A program made the translations under genes and the position numbers. DNA of 53,212 bases, the filler included, from Jimgerdemannia flammicorona (lineage: Eukaryota): the NCBI GenBank assembly GCA_003990765.1. It is 2 parts of 2 records of this genome, joined end to end, with 100 filler letters (N's around TTAATTAATTAA, not from the genome) between each part and the next. Parts side by side here need not be neighbours in the genome. Positions count along the whole stretch, not along the records: positions 26,676 to 53,212 come from RBNJ01000719.1; 1 more part is not named here. One strand, 5' to 3'. Numbering within the stretch: position 1 is the stretch's first letter; each line of letters begins with the position of its first letter. This document shows positions 48,480 to 53,212 of the stretch, piece by piece. Under the pieces are notes generated by a model that saw nothing but the letters and a program-made list of their open reading frames with translations, did not search any database and was not told where the DNA came from.

Positions 48480-51400
48480 GTCACTTGGACTCTCTCTTTA
48501 TTACACCCATCTATCCCATATAAGTACAGTGAACCCACCCCCTATCCAATCCTCTCACTACTCTGTTCGCATATCCTTGTCACCAAACCTCACTGTTGCC
48601 CCCCTGAAGAACTCCAACCTATCTACCATCTAGTCATCAGATCTTCCAACAGCTCCTTCCATCTTAAAACCTTCTCCTGTAGACTCACCTACCTCCCCTC
48701 CTCAAACACAAATAGCCAATGTCCTGTCAATCCTACCCAAACTGCTAACACCCACCCAACAGTGAGCCAACTATCATCCACCCCTCCCACTAGCTGGGAC
48801 CTCAAGTCCTCCCAACAATCTCCCTTACCTGCCGGCCTGTGCCCCACACCCAGTCTATCCCCTATTTCACCCCAAAAGTCCCCCAAAACCTCACACTCAC
48901 CCAGCCAATGTTCTGGTGTCTGCACCAAACCCCCCAGCTTGCCCTACATTGTAACACTCCTCACAGTTGAAACAGCCACCATCTACCAGATGCCCAGTGT
49001 GGAAGTTCAGCATGACATTCCTTCATAGCATTTGCCACCACACCACCCAGAACTTGGGGAGAAGCCACCACCATACCTCTGCACTCCAAGACCAGATATC
49101 TGCCCAGTCCCACTTCTTGCCAATCCCAACTGCCTGCCAACCGCTCAGCCAAAGATCCCGGCCAAGACCCTGCTGATACTCCACTCCATCCCCAATATCA
49201 AAAGCAGCAAGTGGAGCACCCCCCAGTAGCAGCCTATCCCACCACCACATACTAGGTCCCCACAACACCTCCCCCTCATTGCCCTGCCAGTGCAGACCAA
49301 TCCTGTGTGCTCCATCAACCACTCCCCACCAAAAGCCCTTAAACTACAGCCTCTGAATTCCATTGAGCTCCACCAAAGAGAGTAGATCTCCCAAGGACCC
49401 TCAGGGGGAGGTTCTCATCTCCCATACCTTCTGCAGCAGAGGCACCCAACCCCCGCTTTGCAGTTCAGCTGCTCTCTTCAACCACCAGGCTCACAAGCAG
49501 TGCAACCTCTTAGGGAAATCCACAAGGCCAAGACCTCCCCTGACCACCAGTGTCGCAAGAGTATCCCAACTGATCTGGGACCTCCTTTCTGCCCAAATCC
49601 AATCCCTAGCCACCTTCGTCAGCCTCTTCACCACTCAAGCTGGGAAGTAGGTGGTAGGCTACATACCACAGCTTGGGGAATCAGTATATGTATATTCAGA
49701 ATTGATACCTGCCCTGCTAGAGAGATATGGTGGACTCCCCAATCTTGAAGGGCCTTCCCCCAAACAGCCACCTTGCTCTCCCACCACATATGTGACAAGA
49801 CAGAGCCATACACAGAGAGGAAGATGCCCAGATATCATACCACCTCACCAGTAGGGACAATTGTTCCAATGATGTCCCCACCTACCAGCCCATTCCTGAG
49901 CACCATAGTCTCACACTTATGCCAGTTGAGCTTTGCCCCAGAGTGATCCTCATACTATTCCACCATCTCCCTAAGTACCTCGACATCCACCACAGATACA
50001 AGGCCAACCACCATATCGTCCACAAAGGCTCCCACCTTCCATACTATGCCATAGATAGAGAGCCCTACCACCTTCTGGCGAATCCTATCCATCAATGGCT
50101 CCAATGAGAGGGCATAAAGAATGGGGGACAGAGGGTCCCCCTGAGGAACCCCTCTTTTCAAGGTAAATGCCAGACCACAGTGACCATTACACATCAGCAC
50201 TGCCTGACTGCCCTCCAGCAGATTCAACATAGAAGCTCGAAATCCTGAAGGTACACCAATATGATCCAACACCATGCCCAGCCAAACCCACCAGACCTGG
50301 TCATAGGCCTTCTCCTGGTCCAAGAAGATCAACCTTCCATCTAGGCCACAAGCCCAGGCCCCTTCAATGATACCATGCACCCATGCAGTCCCATCTCTTA
50401 TAAGTCTGCCTCCAACAAAGCCCCACTGCTCCTCCCCCAGCACCTGTTGGGCAACCTTCTGCAGTATTGCAACAACCACCTTAGTCACCATCTTCCTGTC
50501 CATGTCCAAAAGCATGATCGGTCACCAGTTCTTCCAGTCTTCTCTCCTCCCCTTGTCTTTGTACAATAAAGCCACCAGCTAAGGTCCTGCTCTCCAACCC
50601 ACTCACCACTCTGAAGAACATGATCACAGAGAGCAGTCATTTCACCCAAAATGCCAGGGACCTTAACCATCTTCTTCCAGAAGTCCCACAGGAGTCCATC
50701 CTCCCCTGGTGCTGTTCCAGTTTTAGTTGCCGCAAGGACACTCTGGACCTCCTCACCTTGCACCAGCAAGGCCAAGTCATCCAGTCCAGCCACTTGTGGT
50801 AGCCTCCATTCCCCTAATGTATCTTCAATAGCTGCCTCATCAGCACCCCCTTCTTCCTCACTCCATAAACCCTACCATCTCTCTTTCAAAACCCCTAAGA
50901 TTTGTTACATGCCATGTACCATATCCCCATTGGCATCTAGAACTCCATCCCACCGATGTCGCACCCTCCTAGCTTGGAGCAGATGGGATAAATATCTAGT
51001 AGGCCTCTCACCCTCTTCAAGCCCCTGCCACCTTAGCCTAGCAGCCATACCTCGCATATGCACCTCCTCCTCTTCTCACAACACCTGTTGCAGTTCCATA
51101 ATTTCCAATTTAATCTGCACTAACCTCCAATCCTCTACCCCATCAGAAGAAAGCAGACCTGCCCAATCCATTTGCAATCTCCTCAGCCTATTGGAGACAC
51201 ACCTCATGTGCTTCCTCCTCTGCCTCCCAGCTTCTCTCCCAGCCCCTCCCCAATAGACCCTTACAGCCTCTTTCAATCTCATCCAACGGACACCCACAGA
51301 CAAACCCTCATACCTCCAGCAAGCAACTTTCACCTGAATGTCCTCTTCCCATGAATCCCACAACCCCTTCTCAGCCAGCAGGGAGGAGTTAAGGTGCCAA

Positions 51401-53075
51401 TGTCTGGGTCTATCTCCACTCCCCCCAAACTGTCCCTGTCCCAACAGTCCCCAGTGATCAGACCATGGGCACCATTCTACCTCCAATACCTTCCAGACAT
51501 CAGACCCCCAGCATTCTGCCATCAGAATCCAGTCAATCCTTGTACCTAAGCCATTCACCTAATGCATGTAGACCCTGGAATCGCCCCACATGTTCTGCCC
51601 ATATCCCCTAGGGAGCTTATCTGCTCCACCTCCTCCCATGTATCCAGACCTCCACTTCTCCCTCCTGCACTCCTCCCACTATCAGTACAGTCCAGATGCT
51701 GATCCCGAACCATATTAAAGTCCCCCCCAAGCACATCAACCCCTTCAACCAAGAGAATACCCTCCTCCAGCAGCTCCTTAATCCATGCAATCCTCTCACC
51801 CCTAACCACAGGGCAGTAGCAAGAGCCAACCCTCACTGACTCCCACCCCGGCTGATGCCAATCTCTCCAGACCAAGTAATCACCCCAGCTTCCAATACCC
51901 CACAAGTCTCCTCTACCCTTCCTCACCAGAATCGCCACTTTTCCAAACCAAGGAGTAGCCCCACCCCATTCCCTAGTCCACTCAACCCGATCATCCTCAT
52001 CCTCACACAGAACATCCTGCAGTAAAAAGAGATTGGCCTCCAATCCCCTGAGCCAATTAAAAATGTTCTTATACCACCCAGATCCCCTTAGCCCATTCAC
52101 ATTCAAAGAGAAAATGTTGGTTGTACTATTCATAAGAGTAAAAGTTGAATTGTGAACCCACCCTCTACAATTCTACATCCCACTCCTCCTGCAACAAATC
52201 CAAGTCATGATCAGCAGCCAGTTCCCTTTCACCAGCTTCCTGTGCCTCAAACCCTCCCAGAAGTTCTACTATTGCCCCATCTTCTCACTCCTCAAAGTCC
52301 TCATGATATTCTAGACAGGCTTCCTGCCAGAACCACAAACCATGCTGCTCCACCCAATAGTATGCCGCCCACTCACCAGTGACCACTGCCAGCTCAGCCC
52401 TCCTCACCTCATCAATCTCATATCCCTCCTCCTCCAGAAGAATCGAAAGAATCTCCCCCTTCAGTGCCTCCACCACTCCCTCACTGCTCAAAATCTGTGT
52501 CCAATGCTCCTCAGGCATTACCTACAGGTCCACTTCTCCCAAAGTCTCAGCTGCAAGGTTATCCATCACCTTGCTCATCTACAGCAAGTTCCCCACCTCC
52601 TTCCCTCCCAGAGTCCCTGGCCATCCTACATCCATCATCGTGGTGTCAGCCCCTATACTGGCAGCCTCATCCCACTCCTCCTCATGGACATCCACCAGCT
52701 CATCCTTGCCAACTGCCACTACCTGACCCCCTTTTTCCACATCAGGGATGCCAAAGTACACTCGCTGGGCCCCCTTCATTGGTATATCCTCCGTTGTCTG
52801 TCTCTTTTCAGCTGGGCCCCTTCTGATAAGAGGGGGGGGGGTTGTGTCCAGCTCTGGCTCCCAGACCTCAAAGTGCTATCGGTAAAGGAGTCCTTGCTCA
52901 GTATCTTTGCAGCCCCTTCCTTGCCTGCCTCCACCTCTCCAATCCCTTTACTTGCCCAAACACTGGCTTCAATACCCCCAGACCCTTCAGCTCTCACTGC
53001 CTTCTGCTTCACCTCTACTTTCATACTCACAAGTAGCTCTCTCTGCCATTTGCCGCCAGACCTTTCACCGGTAAC
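48426..53075 (-). mobile_element. L1-clade non-LTR retrotransposon (partial ORF1; ORF2 with APE and RT), inactivated, with poly(A) tail
   Basis: APE motifs SLNVNGL, GGDFN, RIDW and SDH from 52133; RT motifs LDQEKAYD, GVPQGDPLSP and FVDD at about 50330-49997; poly(A) at 48426-48477; several stops and frameshifts; strongly CpG-depleted. Confidence 0.9.
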
Positions 53076-53212
53076 ATTCAGGTGACACAAGATTTGGACA
53101 ACACTTTCTGCGAAGTTTTTGGTGAAAAGCTACTATCAACATGGCGAGCAACGAGCATACTGGTGGGCATGGCGGCCAGGGGGGCAGTGGTGCCTTCGGC
53201 TGGCAGCAGGTC
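53076..53212 (+). mobile_element. 5' end of a young LINE-like element, head-to-head with the older LINE
   Basis: ATG at 53141 gives MASNEHTGGHGGQGGSGAFGWQQV, homologous to 26676-26948 including the leader. Confidence 0.55.

Overview
Eukaryotic, fungal DNA. The intron style, long homopolymer tracts, an AM-fungus-type TKL kinase and BTB/F-box content suggest an early-diverging fungus, probably Mucoromycota such as Endogonales; this is inference. The window is two near-equal contigs (1-26575 and 26676-53212) joined by an artificial N44-TTAATTAATTAA-N44 linker, so the halves may not be neighbours in the genome. The left half is gene-rich: a DUF1295 membrane protein, a 12-exon degenerate acyl-CoA synthetase-like gene, a TKL pseudokinase, a DUF4203 membrane protein, a BTB-SPRY protein, a divergent Skp1, an SDR, a secreted FAD oxidoreductase with a pseudogenised duplicate, and several TACTATG-ended MITEs. 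The right half is mostly AT-rich, C-to-T/G-to-A hypermutated retroelements (a dUTPase-carrying LTR element, a non-coding LTR element, Ty3/Gypsy copies, a hAT foldback, L1-like LINEs) around a small gene island (F-box/ankyrin gene, its pseudogene, a DUF4246 pseudogene). Most notable: an AT-AC U12-type intron splitting the SDR NNAG motif; an in-frame SDR::DUF4203 chimera joined at a poly-T tract; TE-restricted RIP-like hypermutation that spares duplicated genes; and two apparent pseudoenzymes.
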